This document shows, one piece after another, positions 43,875 through 52,733 of a stretch of DNA of 64,000 nt. Origin of the DNA: an uncultured Chloroflexia bacterium (lineage in GTDB: Bacteria; Chloroflexota; Limnocylindria; Limnocylindrales; CSP1-4); contig CAVXUF010000002.1 in the NCBI GenBank assembly GCA_963764975.1, forward strand, positions 203,894 to 267,893. Reading direction: 5' to 3'. Position numbers and translations under genes: made by a program. Each line of letters opens with the position of its first letter. Within the stretch, counting starts at the first letter, position 1. The notes below the pieces were generated by a model, which was not told the origin of the DNA, did not search any database, and saw only the letters and a list, made by a program, of their open reading frames with translations.

Positions 43875-44684
43875 GTGTTTCCGATCCTGGGACACGTCGG
43901 GCCGGTCGGCATCGGGACGCATGACGCCTTCACCGCGACCGCGCTCGTGGTGGGGCTGGCGATCTACTACGCCGAGCTCCGCCGGCGACGGTGGCTCGAC
44001 TCGACCATCGTCTGGATCTCCTTCGCGGCCATCCTCGGCGGCGTGATCGGCGCTCGGCTCATCACCATCTGGGAGCGACCGGAGGTCGTCGCGGCCTTCG
44101 CGACGATGCCGATCTCAATGGCCATCGAGCTGAGCGGCAAGAGCATCATCGGGGCGGTCGCGGGCGGGTACCTGGCCATCGTCCTCGCGAAGCGTGCATT
44201 CGGATATCGTCGCTCGACCGGCGACTGCTACGCGCTCGCCCTGCCCGTCGCAACGGCGATCGGGCGCGTCGGGTGCTTTCTCACCGAGCTGCCGCTCGGC
44301 ACGCCGACGACGATGCCGTGGGGGGTGACGATCGACCAAACGACTGTGGCCGCCATCCCGGTCTGCCCGGGATGCAACGGGCCGATGCATCCGACGATGC
44401 TGTACGAGATCGTGTTCAACATCGTGGCCGCCCTGCTGATCTGGCGTTTCCGCCGACGGGTGCCAGCCCCGGGAGATACGTTGAAGCTGTACCTGATCGG
44501 CGCCGGGATCTTCCGGTTCCTCGTCGAGTTCCTTCGGACCAGCCCACCCCAGGCGCTGGGCCTCACCGCGCCGCAATGGGTCCTGATCCCGTTGGTCGGT
44601 CTCCTCGCGATCCACTTCGCGCGCCAGGCGATGGCGGGTGCCTGGCGTGTCCCCGCTCCGCCGCCGGTCATGGAGGTCGCCTGA
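43875..44684 (+). CDS. lgt: prolipoprotein diacylglyceryl transferase (Lgt) family protein
   Basis: GTG 43875 within ORF 43596..44684. Polytopic. AIGRVGCFLTELPLGTPTTMPWGV, HPTMLYE, YLIGAGIFRFLVEFLR are Lgt signatures. Extra CPGC insertion. Confidence 0.75.
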   Translation: MFPILGHVGPVGIGTHDAFTATALVVGLAIYYAELRRRRWLDSTIVWISFAAILGGVIGARLITIWERPEVVAAFATMPISMAIELSGKSIIGAVAGGYLAIVLAKRAFGYRRSTGDCYALALPVATAIGRVGCFLTELPLGTPTTMPWGVTIDQTTVAAIPVCPGCNGPMHPTMLYEIVFNIVAALLIWRFRRRVPAPGDTLKLYLIGAGIFRFLVEFLRTSPPQALGLTAPQWVLIPLVGLLAIHFARQAMAGAWRVPAPPPVMEVA

Positions 44685-45205
44685 TGGACACCGACGCAAG
44701 GCCCGATCCCGAGACCCCGGGCCCGCCGCCTGGCCCGACCGGCTGGGTGAGCGATCCGCTGCGGGCCTGGATCAATGCCAACCGAGGGCGGTTCACCGAC
44801 GATGCGCTGATGGCCCAGGCGATCGCCGCGGGACATCCGGAAGCCGTGGTCCGCGACCTGCTCCGGGCCGCGATCGACGCCGAGGTGTCGGCGCCCGTCC
44901 GCGCGCGGGCCCGCCGGATCATCACGGTCCTGTACCTCGGCGGGTACGCCATCCTCGTGGGCGCGATGTTGTTCGGGCCAGGCCGGCAGTATGGGTATGG
45001 TGGCGGCGAGATCGGAAGCGGGATCCTGACGTTCACCCTGGGGACGGCATTCCTGGTCTCCCTGGTCTGGCTCCGTCGACGTGTCCGAGCGGCGTCCGCC
45101 GGCGGGGCCCTCCCGATGCTGTTGTCCGTACCGGTCATCCTGTGGTTGGGCGTCTCGGGCCTCTGCGTGGCGACCGGCCTGCCATTCGGTCAGGTGTCGC
45201 TCTAG
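44684..45205 (+). CDS. hypothetical membrane protein
   Basis: ATG 44684 overlaps the lgt stop (TGATG). Soluble N-terminal 60 aa, then 4 hydrophobic helices. In frame with ORF 43991..45205. Confidence 0.5.
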   Translation: MDTDARPDPETPGPPPGPTGWVSDPLRAWINANRGRFTDDALMAQAIAAGHPEAVVRDLLRAAIDAEVSAPVRARARRIITVLYLGGYAILVGAMLFGPGRQYGYGGGEIGSGILTFTLGTAFLVSLVWLRRRVRAASAGGALPMLLSVPVILWLGVSGLCVATGLPFGQVSL

Positions 45206-45237
45206 GCGTCGTCGTCCCCGCTCCTCGGGAGGTCTCC

Positions 45238-46800
45238 GTGCTCGACCTGCGGCCCTACACGCCCCTGCGGATGGTCCTGACCGTGTGCGGCCACTGCTTC
45301 TCCGAGGATCCGGACCGGGAGATCGACTACGAGACCGACATCCTCCAGGGCAACCTCGTGGCCATGGACGGTGCCGTCTACCTTCGTCGCGTCTGCCGTC
45401 GTGGCCACGGCACGGTGACGAGCCTGTACGAGGCCGACCATCGCCTCTGGGAGTACCTTCAGCAGTGGCGCACACCCACGCGCGAGATCGTCCCGGACCG
45501 GCCGGGCAATGATCGGCCCATCCCGATGGGCTACATGGACGGCCTCGGTGACCTCCAGACGCAACACTCATGCGTCCTCCTCCTCGACATCACGGAGAAC
45601 TGCAACCTCGAGTGCCCGACGTGCTTCGCCGGGGCAGCCCCGGGGATCGGCCGGTTCGCCCAGCTGCCCCACCTGCTCCGCACGCTGGACGCCGCGATCG
45701 CGCGGGAGGGCGGGCGGGTCGACGTCCTGATGCTCTCGGGCGGCGAGCCGACCGTCCATCCCCAGGTCCTCGACGTCATCCAGGCCGCGACCGAGCGGAA
45801 CGTCGTGCGGGTGATCCTGAATACCAACGGCATCCGGATCGCGCGGGACGAGCGCTTCGCGGCGGCGCTCGGGCGGCTGCGCGGGCGCCTCGAGGTGTAC
45901 CTCCAGTTCGATGGCTTCGAGCTGGAGTCGCACCTCTACCATCGAGGCGAGGACCTGCGCGACGTCAAGGCCGAGGCCATCAGACGGCTGGCCGCGGAAC
46001 ATGTCTTCACCACGCTCGCGGTCGCCGTGGCCGAGGGCGTGAACGATCGCGAAGTCGGGGCGATCGCCGACTACGCCCTGGGCACGGACTTCATCGCCGG
46101 GGTCGCCTATCAGCCGGTGTTCGGCTCGGGCCGGGCCAACCCGATCGATCCGATGCGACGCGCGACGACCACGGGGACGCTCGTCGCCCTGGGCGATCAG
46201 ACGGGCGGCCGCGTCGGGCCCGACGACTTCATCGCGCTTCCGTGCTCGCACCCCGACTGCTCGTCGCTCACGTACTACATCAAGGGCGACAGCGGTGACT
46301 GGCGCTCCCTGCCGCGCATGCTCGGCGTCGACCAGCTCAAGGCGTACCTCGGCCTCGTCTCGAACCGGATCGCGCCCGACGACGCCATGTGGACCGCGCT
46401 CGTCGGGATGATGTCCGAGACGACGCTCGTGTCGCGTCCCGAGATGGTCGATCACCTCCTGCGGATCTGCGAGGCGTGCGACCTCGGTGTCACCGGGTTC
46501 GTGAAGACCCTGGGCCGCTGGGTGTTCGATCGCGAGGGCGCCATCGAGGAGATCGCCCTTCGGGTCAAGCGGCTCTCGATCAAGACGTTCATGGATGCCT
46601 GGACGCTCAACGTGGAACGCCTCCAGCAGTGCTGTGTCCACGTCGGCTCGGTCGGCGGAGAGGAGGAACCGGTGCGAATCCCGTTCTGCGCACGCCAGTT
46701 GTTCGGCGGGCTCCGGCGCCAGACGTCGGCCGGGATGGTGCCGGCCCGCGAACTGATCGGGCTCGACGACGCGCGCGCCCGCACGACGGTCCGACCATGA
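45238..46800 (+). CDS. radical SAM protein with N-terminal Cys-rich (rubredoxin/Zn-ribbon-like) module, Tes/GDGT-MAS-like architecture
   Basis: GTG 45238 after GGGAGG (45227-45232). CGHC...CRRGH, radical SAM CNLECPTC, further Cys motifs (CSHPDC, CEAC, CC, IPFC). C-terminal KTFMDAWTLNVERLQQCCVHV...RIPFC. Confidence 0.8.
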   Translation: MLDLRPYTPLRMVLTVCGHCFSEDPDREIDYETDILQGNLVAMDGAVYLRRVCRRGHGTVTSLYEADHRLWEYLQQWRTPTREIVPDRPGNDRPIPMGYMDGLGDLQTQHSCVLLLDITENCNLECPTCFAGAAPGIGRFAQLPHLLRTLDAAIAREGGRVDVLMLSGGEPTVHPQVLDVIQAATERNVVRVILNTNGIRIARDERFAAALGRLRGRLEVYLQFDGFELESHLYHRGEDLRDVKAEAIRRLAAEHVFTTLAVAVAEGVNDREVGAIADYALGTDFIAGVAYQPVFGSGRANPIDPMRRATTTGTLVALGDQTGGRVGPDDFIALPCSHPDCSSLTYYIKGDSGDWRSLPRMLGVDQLKAYLGLVSNRIAPDDAMWTALVGMMSETTLVSRPEMVDHLLRICEACDLGVTGFVKTLGRWVFDREGAIEEIALRVKRLSIKTFMDAWTLNVERLQQCCVHVGSVGGEEEPVRIPFCARQLFGGLRRQTSAGMVPARELIGLDDARARTTVRP

Positions 46801-47147
46801 CCACCCCGAGCTCGACCGGCGCGACGGCCAAGGTGCCGATCTTCCCGGTCGGGCCGCAGTCCTACATCCGGCCGCCGAGGAGCCGCGCCGAGAAGTACGA
46901 GCACCTGGCCTTCACGTTCTGTCGCATGGGAACGGTCGGCCTGATCGCCTGGGCCGTCACGCCGCCGATCTTCGTGCTCGTCGTGGCGGTCGCCGCCATC
47001 GCGCTGTATGCGCGGTCGATCACGCTCGGCGCGTCCTGGAGCAAGTGCTTCCTGCGTCGGCCCACGCTGATCATCGGCTTCTGGGCGGTCGTCGCCGCGC
47101 TCGACGCCGTCTGGCTCTTCGTCCTCGGTGGACGGCTCCCGACCTAG
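46797..47147 (+). CDS. small membrane protein translationally coupled to the radical SAM gene
   Basis: ATG 46797 overlaps the stop (ATGA). 116 aa with 3 hydrophobic helices. In frame with ORF 46389..47147. Confidence 0.55.
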   Translation: MTTPSSTGATAKVPIFPVGPQSYIRPPRSRAEKYEHLAFTFCRMGTVGLIAWAVTPPIFVLVVAVAAIALYARSITLGASWSKCFLRRPTLIIGFWAVVAALDAVWLFVLGGRLPT

Positions 47148-47399
47148 GCTCGGGCCAGGCCCGAGCGCCGCCTCAGCGGGGGCCGCCGGGACGGATGCGC
47201 GGTGGTGTCGCGGCTCTGGCCGGAGCCCGGCGAGCGTCGCTCGCGCAGGATGCCTCTGCTACGCTCACGACACCGATCGCGGGCCGATCGCGCCGGATGT
47301 CCCGGGGTGGACGGGTCGGCCCACCGCGTCCAGATCGTGCTCCGTGTCCGTACGGGTGCCCGGACGGCTCGACCGGGACCAGAGCGAGGAGGAGTGCCG

Positions 47400-49067
47400 G
47401 TGAGAGTCGCGGCGGCCGTCGCGGAGATCCTGAAGCGCGAGGGCGTGGAGGTGCTGATCGGCTACCCGGTCAATCCGCTCATCGAAGCGGCCGCCGAGGC
47501 CGACATCCGGACGGTCATCGTGCGCCAGGAGCGGACCGGCATCCACATGGCGGATGCGATGAGCCGGATGACCTCGGGCCGGACGGTCGGCGTGTTCTGC
47601 ATGCAGTCGGGTCCGGGGACGGAGAACTCGTTCGGTGGCGTGGCCCAGGCCTACGCGGATTCGGTGCCGGTCCTGATCCAGGCGGCCGGGCATGAACGAC
47701 ACCTGATGAACGTGCCCCCGAACTTCAACGCGTTCGTCAACTACCGCAACATCACCAAGTGGATCGAACAGCTGGCCATGCCGAGCGAAGTCGGCAACGT
47801 CTTCCGGCGAGGGTTCACCCAGGTCCGCAACGGCCGTCCGCGGCCGGTCCTCGTCGAGATCCCGTGGGACGTCTACGAGGTCGACGTGCCCGCGCCCGAT
47901 GCCTACCGACCGGCGCCCCGGATCCGCGCCACGGCCGACCCGATCGGCGTGCGCGAGGCCGCACGCGCCCTCGCCGCGGCCGAACGACCGGTCATCTATG
48001 CGGGCCAGGGCGTCCACTACGCCGAGGCGTGGCCGCAGCTCCAGGCGCTTGCGGAGCTCCTCGAGGCCCCGGTCACGACCTCGCTCCAGGGCAAGAGCGC
48101 CTTCGACGAGACCCATCCGCTGTCGCTCGGCTCCGGCGGCCGGACCGTGCCCCAGACGGTTCGACACTTCCTCGACCGTTCCGACGTGATCTTCGGGATC
48201 GGCTGTTCGTTCGCGGCCACCGGCTACGGTGTCCCGATGCCGGCCGGCAAGACGATCGTCCACGCCACGCTCGACCCGGCGGACCTCAACGTGAACGTCC
48301 AGGCAGACGTCGCGCTGCTCGGCGATGCCGGCCTCGTCCTGGATGCACTGATCGCCGAGTTGCGCACGCTGCTCCCCGGCTCGCGCGGGCGTCGAGCGGC
48401 CGTCGACGCGGAGATCGCATCGGTCAGGGCCGCCTGGTTGACCAGCTGGCTGCCGAAACTGACCTCGCCCGAAGTGCCGATGACGCCGTACCGCGTCATC
48501 TGGGACCTGCTGGCCACGGTGGACGTGGCGAACACGATCATCACCCACGACGCAGGCTCGCCGCGGGACCAGCTCTCGCCGTTCTGGCAGACGAGCGCGC
48601 CGCTGACCTACATCGGTTGGGGCAAGTCCACCCAGTTGGGCTACGGCCTGGGCCTCGCCATGGGCGCCAAGCTGGCGCGGCCGGACAAGCTGTGCATCAA
48701 CGTGATGGGCGACGCGGCCATCGGCTTCACCGGCATGGACTTCGAGACCGCCGTTCGCGAGCGGATACCGATCCTCACGGTGGTCCTGAACAACTTCTCC
48801 ATGGCGATCGAGCTCGACATCATGCAGGTGGCCGGCCGGAAGTACGGCTCGACCGACATCTCCGGCGACTACGCGGCGATGGCCCGGGCCTTCGGCGGGT
48901 ACGGCGAGCGAGTCTCGGACCCCGATGAGATCGTGCCGGCCGTCCGGCGGGCGATCGCCTGCACCGAGGCCGGCCAACCGGCGCTGCTGGAGTTCCTGAC
49001 CTCGAAGGAACAGGCGATGTCGCTGTTCCCGGTAGAGGCCTCCGCCGGGAGTGTGAGCGACACCTAG
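47400..49067 (+). CDS. thiamine pyrophosphate-dependent enzyme (acetolactate synthase-like family)
   Basis: GTG 47400 after GAGGAGGAG. N-terminal Pyr domain (GPGTENSFGGVAQAYADSVPVL) and C-terminal TPP-binding motif (GDAAIGFTGMDFETAVRERIPILTVVLNN). Confidence 0.85.
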   Translation: MRVAAAVAEILKREGVEVLIGYPVNPLIEAAAEADIRTVIVRQERTGIHMADAMSRMTSGRTVGVFCMQSGPGTENSFGGVAQAYADSVPVLIQAAGHERHLMNVPPNFNAFVNYRNITKWIEQLAMPSEVGNVFRRGFTQVRNGRPRPVLVEIPWDVYEVDVPAPDAYRPAPRIRATADPIGVREAARALAAAERPVIYAGQGVHYAEAWPQLQALAELLEAPVTTSLQGKSAFDETHPLSLGSGGRTVPQTVRHFLDRSDVIFGIGCSFAATGYGVPMPAGKTIVHATLDPADLNVNVQADVALLGDAGLVLDALIAELRTLLPGSRGRRAAVDAEIASVRAAWLTSWLPKLTSPEVPMTPYRVIWDLLATVDVANTIITHDAGSPRDQLSPFWQTSAPLTYIGWGKSTQLGYGLGLAMGAKLARPDKLCINVMGDAAIGFTGMDFETAVRERIPILTVVLNNFSMAIELDIMQVAGRKYGSTDISGDYAAMARAFGGYGERVSDPDEIVPAVRRAIACTEAGQPALLEFLTSKEQAMSLFPVEASAGSVSDT

Positions 49068-49201
49068 GCCGTCGCCAGCCTCGGCCCCACCACCCGGGCT
49101 CGTCAGGTGTGGAGCGGCGGACCGCGCGGGACGTGCCCACCAACGCTGGTATGCTGGTGGTCGCGGCTTGACGTTCGAGAGCAGGCCGCTGGAGGAGGCG
49201 C

Positions 49202-49771
49202 ATGGACCCCACCGTCCTGATCATCATCGCCGTCATCGTCGTCCTGGTCGTCTTCGTGATCGGGATCTACAACGGTCTGATCCAGAAGCGGCTGCGCGTC
49301 GACGAGGCGCTGGCCCAGATCGAGGTCCAGCTCAAGCGACGCCACGACCTCATCCCGAACCTCGTGAATGCCGTCAAGGGCTACATGGGCTTCGAGCAGA
49401 AGGTCCTGACCGACGTCACCAACGCCCGCGCCGCCGCCGTGTCGGCCGGCGCCCAGGGCCCCGCCCAGCAGGCCGCTGCGGAGAACGCGCTCACCAGCAC
49501 GCTCCGTTCGCTGTTCGCGGTCGTCGAGAACTACCCGGAGCTGAAAGCCAACCAGAACGTCCTCGAGCTCCAGGAATCACTGACCACCACCGAGAACCAG
49601 ATCTCGTTCTCGCGCCAGCACTACAACGCCACCGTGCTCGACTACAACACTTCGATCGCCACGTTCCCCAACGTGCTCTTGGCCGGGATCTTCGGCTTCA
49701 TCAAGCGCGAGTTCTTCGACGCTGAGCCCGAAGCGGCCAATGTGCCGAACGTCGATCTCAGCCTGAGCTAG
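49202..49771 (+). CDS. lemA: LemA family protein
   Basis: N-terminal TM. YNGLIQKRLRVDEALAQIEVQLKRRHDLIPNLV and YPELKANQNVLELQ are typical LemA motifs. Confidence 0.85.
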   Translation: MDPTVLIIIAVIVVLVVFVIGIYNGLIQKRLRVDEALAQIEVQLKRRHDLIPNLVNAVKGYMGFEQKVLTDVTNARAAAVSAGAQGPAQQAAAENALTSTLRSLFAVVENYPELKANQNVLELQESLTTTENQISFSRQHYNATVLDYNTSIATFPNVLLAGIFGFIKREFFDAEPEAANVPNVDLSLS

Positions 49772-49792
49772 CCGCCCGCCCGCGGAGGGACC

Positions 49793-50770
49793 GTGGCCGG
49801 GAACACGTTCTACCAACAGATCGCCGCCAACCGGCGGAACTCGCTCCTGATGGCCCTGGTCGTGGTCGTCCTGCTGGGGCTGCTCGGGTTCTCGATCGGC
49901 TTCGCCGTTTTCGGCGGCCCCGAGGGCGGGATCGGGACCACGCTCTTCGCTCTGGGGATCGGCGCGCTGTCCGGTGTCGGGACGTTCTTCGCCGGCGACA
50001 AGCTCGTCCTGTCGGTGAGTGGAGCCAAGGCCGTCGATGAGACGAGCGCGCCCCAGCTGATGAACGTGGTCCGCGAGATGGCGATCGCGGCGAACCTCCC
50101 GATGCCCGACGTCTACGTCATCGACGACACCGCGCCCAACGCCTTTGCCACGGGACGGGATCCCGAGCACGCATCGATCGCGATCACGACCGGTCTGCTC
50201 CAGAAGCTGGATCGTGAAGAGTTGCAGGGCGTCATCGGCCATGAGTTGTCGCACGTGCGAAACCTCGACATCCGGTTCTCGCTCGTCGTCGGGGTCATGG
50301 TCGGCGCCATCGCGATCCTGGCCGACTTCTTCCTGCGCTTCACGTTCTGGGGCGGCGGGCGTTCGCGCGACCGGGACAGCAACAGCGGCGGCGGCGCGGC
50401 GGCGATCTTCATGGTCGTCGCGATCGTGCTCGCGATCCTGGCGCCGCTCATCAGCCGGTTCATCCAGATGGCCGTGAGCCGGCAGCGCGAGTACCTCGCG
50501 GACGCGTCGGCGATCGAGCTGACGCGGAATCCCTACGGGCTGGAGCGGGCGCTGGCCAAGATCGGCATGGACAAGGAGGTCCTCGAAGTGGCCAACCGCG
50601 GGACCCAGCACATGTACTTCTCGAACCCGATCAAGAAGTTCGAGGCGCGCTCGTCGAACCTCATGTCGACGCATCCGGCGATCCTCGATCGCATCAACCG
50701 CCTGCGCGAGCTGACGGGCGATCCGCCCCTCGCTTCACAGGACGCCGCGGGCCTGGTCGGGCTGGAGTAG
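49793..50770 (+). CDS. htpX: zinc metalloprotease HtpX (M48 family)
   Basis: GTG 49793 after GGAGGGA. HELSHV zinc motif and TM helices. Usual lemA-htpX pairing. Confidence 0.85.
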   Translation: MAGNTFYQQIAANRRNSLLMALVVVVLLGLLGFSIGFAVFGGPEGGIGTTLFALGIGALSGVGTFFAGDKLVLSVSGAKAVDETSAPQLMNVVREMAIAANLPMPDVYVIDDTAPNAFATGRDPEHASIAITTGLLQKLDREELQGVIGHELSHVRNLDIRFSLVVGVMVGAIAILADFFLRFTFWGGGRSRDRDSNSGGGAAAIFMVVAIVLAILAPLISRFIQMAVSRQREYLADASAIELTRNPYGLERALAKIGMDKEVLEVANRGTQHMYFSNPIKKFEARSSNLMSTHPAILDRINRLRELTGDPPLASQDAAGLVGLE

Positions 50771-51056
50771 GGGAGCGGGGAGGGCCGGGCCGGCGGAGGG
50801 CTGGGCCGGGCCGGCGAGGGCCAGCGGATTCCCGCCTCGTACCGTCCCACGGCAGCAGGCGACGTCGCGGGGGCCCCGCCGGCGATTTCGTTCGTGTGGC
50901 GGCAACATCGACACGAAACGGCCGTCCCACGGCAGCTGACGACGCTGCGGCTGCCGACAGCGTCGCCAGGTACCGCCCCACGTTACAGGAACGGGTCCCC
51001 GGGTTGGAGTGGGCCCCGGCTTGACCGGCTCGTCGTCGCCTGGGTCGAACCCCTCG

Positions 51057-51065
51057 TGGTATCCT
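51057..51065 (+). promoter_or_regulatory. candidate extended -10 promoter of the tRNA cluster
   Basis: TGgTATCCT (51057-51065), about 40 nt upstream of tRNA-Phe. Same TATCCT hexamer as upstream of uvrB. Confidence 0.3.
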
Positions 51066-51106
51066 GCGCAGCGCCGACGGACAGCCGGAGGCTGGTTGGC
51101 CATCGG

Positions 51107-51182
51107 GCCGAGATAGCTCAGTTGGTAGAGCACGCGACTGAAAATCGCGGTGTCGCCAGTTCGATCCTGGCTCTCGGCACCA
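51107..51182 (+). tRNA. tRNA-Phe (anticodon GAA)
   Basis: GCCGAGATAGCTCAGTTGGTAGAGC, anticodon loop CU-GAA-AA, GTTCGATCC, encoded CCA. Confidence 0.9.
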
Positions 51183-51208
51183 GCATCCCACGGGATGGGG
51201 CATTCAAG

Positions 51209-51284
51209 GCGGAAGTAGCTCAGTTGGCAGAGCGCAACCTTGCCAAGGTTGAGGTCGCGGGTTCGAACCCCGTCTTCCGCTCCA
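51209..51284 (+). tRNA. tRNA-Gly (anticodon GCC)
   Basis: GCGGAAGTAGCTCAGTTGGCAGAGC, anticodon loop UU-GCC-AA, GGTTCGAACCC, encoded CCA. Confidence 0.9.
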
Positions 51285-51304
51285 TCACTCGACTCCGGAG
51301 CCGC

Positions 51305-51378
51305 TGCCCCTTCGTCTAGTGGTAGGACAGCGGACTTTGAATCCGTGAACCGAGGTTCGAACCCTCGAGGGGCAGCCA
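51305..51378 (+). tRNA. tRNA-Gln (anticodon TTG)
   Basis: TGCCCCT acceptor pairing with AGGGGCA, anticodon loop CU-TTG-AA, GGTTCGAACCC, encoded CCA. Confidence 0.85.
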
Positions 51379-51523
51379 ACAACTCCGATCAGGATCGCGG
51401 CGTCGGGCGGACGTATGGCGATGTGCCTGATGCTGGTCGGCTGCGCCATCGTCGGTCGGTCGGCGGCCACCGGACGCACGGTCCAGCCGTCCCGGACCGT
51501 CTCTGGTAGCCTCTGTCACGCTC

Positions 51524-51600
51524 GGCGACGTGGTGAAGTGGTTCAACACGGAGGTCTGCAAAACCTCTATTCATGGGTTCGAATCCCATCGTCGCCTCCA
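51524..51600 (+). tRNA. tRNA-Cys (anticodon GCA)
   Basis: GGCGACG acceptor, anticodon loop CU-GCA-AA, GGTTCGAATCC, encoded CCA. Confidence 0.9.
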
Positions 51601-51860
51601 CACTCTTTGAGCACGAAACTGCGACACCGAAGACGGGATGTCGGGCCGGTGGCTCAAGCCTCCTCCTCTGGCGGCTGGGATCTTCATACCTCCGAGTAGG
51701 GTAAGGCTGCGTTGACAGAAGGCGCTGCGACCATCCCGCCCGCTCGCGCCGACCACCGTTAGCCACTCCGCCCCGACGACCTGCCAGCGCCCCTCATGGA
51801 GCCGCCTGACGCGGTACATGGATGGTTGACCCGCTGACCGCTCGTGGCGTCATCGCTGTG

Positions 51861-52487
51861 CTACCCGGCGTCGGCCACAGCGGGCAGGCCGGGGATCCAG
51901 CCTGACTGCGCTGCCTTCTCCTGTTGCAACTTCATGGTGAGCCGCTCGATCGCGTCGTCCAGAAAACCGGGGAGACTCTCGGGGTCGAGGGCAGGAAACG
52001 TCCACCCGCGCTTGGCGGCGTCCGTCCGGATCTTGGCCACGCCCGGTTCCAGTTGATAGGCGCCCGGCCATCGCTGCCTGCCGACCTCGAGGCAGGGCGC
52101 CAGGAAGCCCCACCACAGCATGATTGCCGTCCCCCAGCGGGTCGTCACCTCGCCCTGGCTGATGAAGCCCGCCTTCTCCAGATCAAGGATCGAGTGGAGG
52201 AAGCCGAGGATCGGCTCAGCCAGATTGAACGCTTTCATGTCGGCCGGATGGGACTTCAGGTAGAGCATGAGTTCTAGGCGCCGATACAGCATGGTCGGCA
52301 ACTCGTACCGGCTCTCGAGCAAGTCCATGCGCTGGATGGCATTTGCGGCGCTCTGGGTCTGGAGTTGTCGATAGATGCCGAACAGACTCAGGACGACCAG
52401 GACCATCCCGAGCATCGACCAGACCCATCCGGGTCCAAAGATCGCTTCCTGCCAGTCCACAACCACCCTCCGCTCTGCTGCGCCCAT
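51861..52487 (-). CDS. hypothetical membrane-anchored protein
   Basis: ORF track 51861..52487. N-terminal TM (WVWSMLGMVLVVLSLFGIY). Lower G+C than the surroundings. No family assigned with confidence. Confidence 0.5.
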   Translation of the reverse strand: MGAAERRVVVDWQEAIFGPGWVWSMLGMVLVVLSLFGIYRQLQTQSAANAIQRMDLLESRYELPTMLYRRLELMLYLKSHPADMKAFNLAEPILGFLHSILDLEKAGFISQGEVTTRWGTAIMLWWGFLAPCLEVGRQRWPGAYQLEPGVAKIRTDAAKRGWTFPALDPESLPGFLDDAIERLTMKLQQEKAAQSGWIPGLPAVADAG

Positions 52488-52733
52488 GTGCGGACTATGG
52501 AGGCGACGGAAGCCCCGAACAAGCCCGAGGAAAATGGGTCAGTCCAAACCTCTTCCTCGGATCGGCCGCGGTGCATCCCGAAGGTGCGTGCCAGGCAAGC
52601 CTTCCCCGCGAGGGTCCCGCTCACGGGCCGCCTGAAGCGTGACTCGGAGATGCGCAGCCTCGCACGCGGGGCGTCACCACATGATCAGGCCTCTAGCTGG
52701 CGTATCCTCCCAGGCACGGTGGCTGACATCGTC

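Noticed and set aside
47148-47399. TPP riboswitch in the 250-nt leader of the TPP-dependent enzyme gene
   Set aside because: The conserved CUGAGA and ACCUGAUCUGGAUAAUGCCAGCG elements are not present. Only a generic GC hairpin (GGCTCGGGC-cag-GCCCGAGC) follows the upstream gene.
50735-51382. 215-aa minus-strand ORF (and 50694-51203) spanning the tRNA-Phe/Gly/Gln genes
   Set aside because: It overlaps three canonical tRNA cloverleaves. The open frame is a by-product of G+C content.
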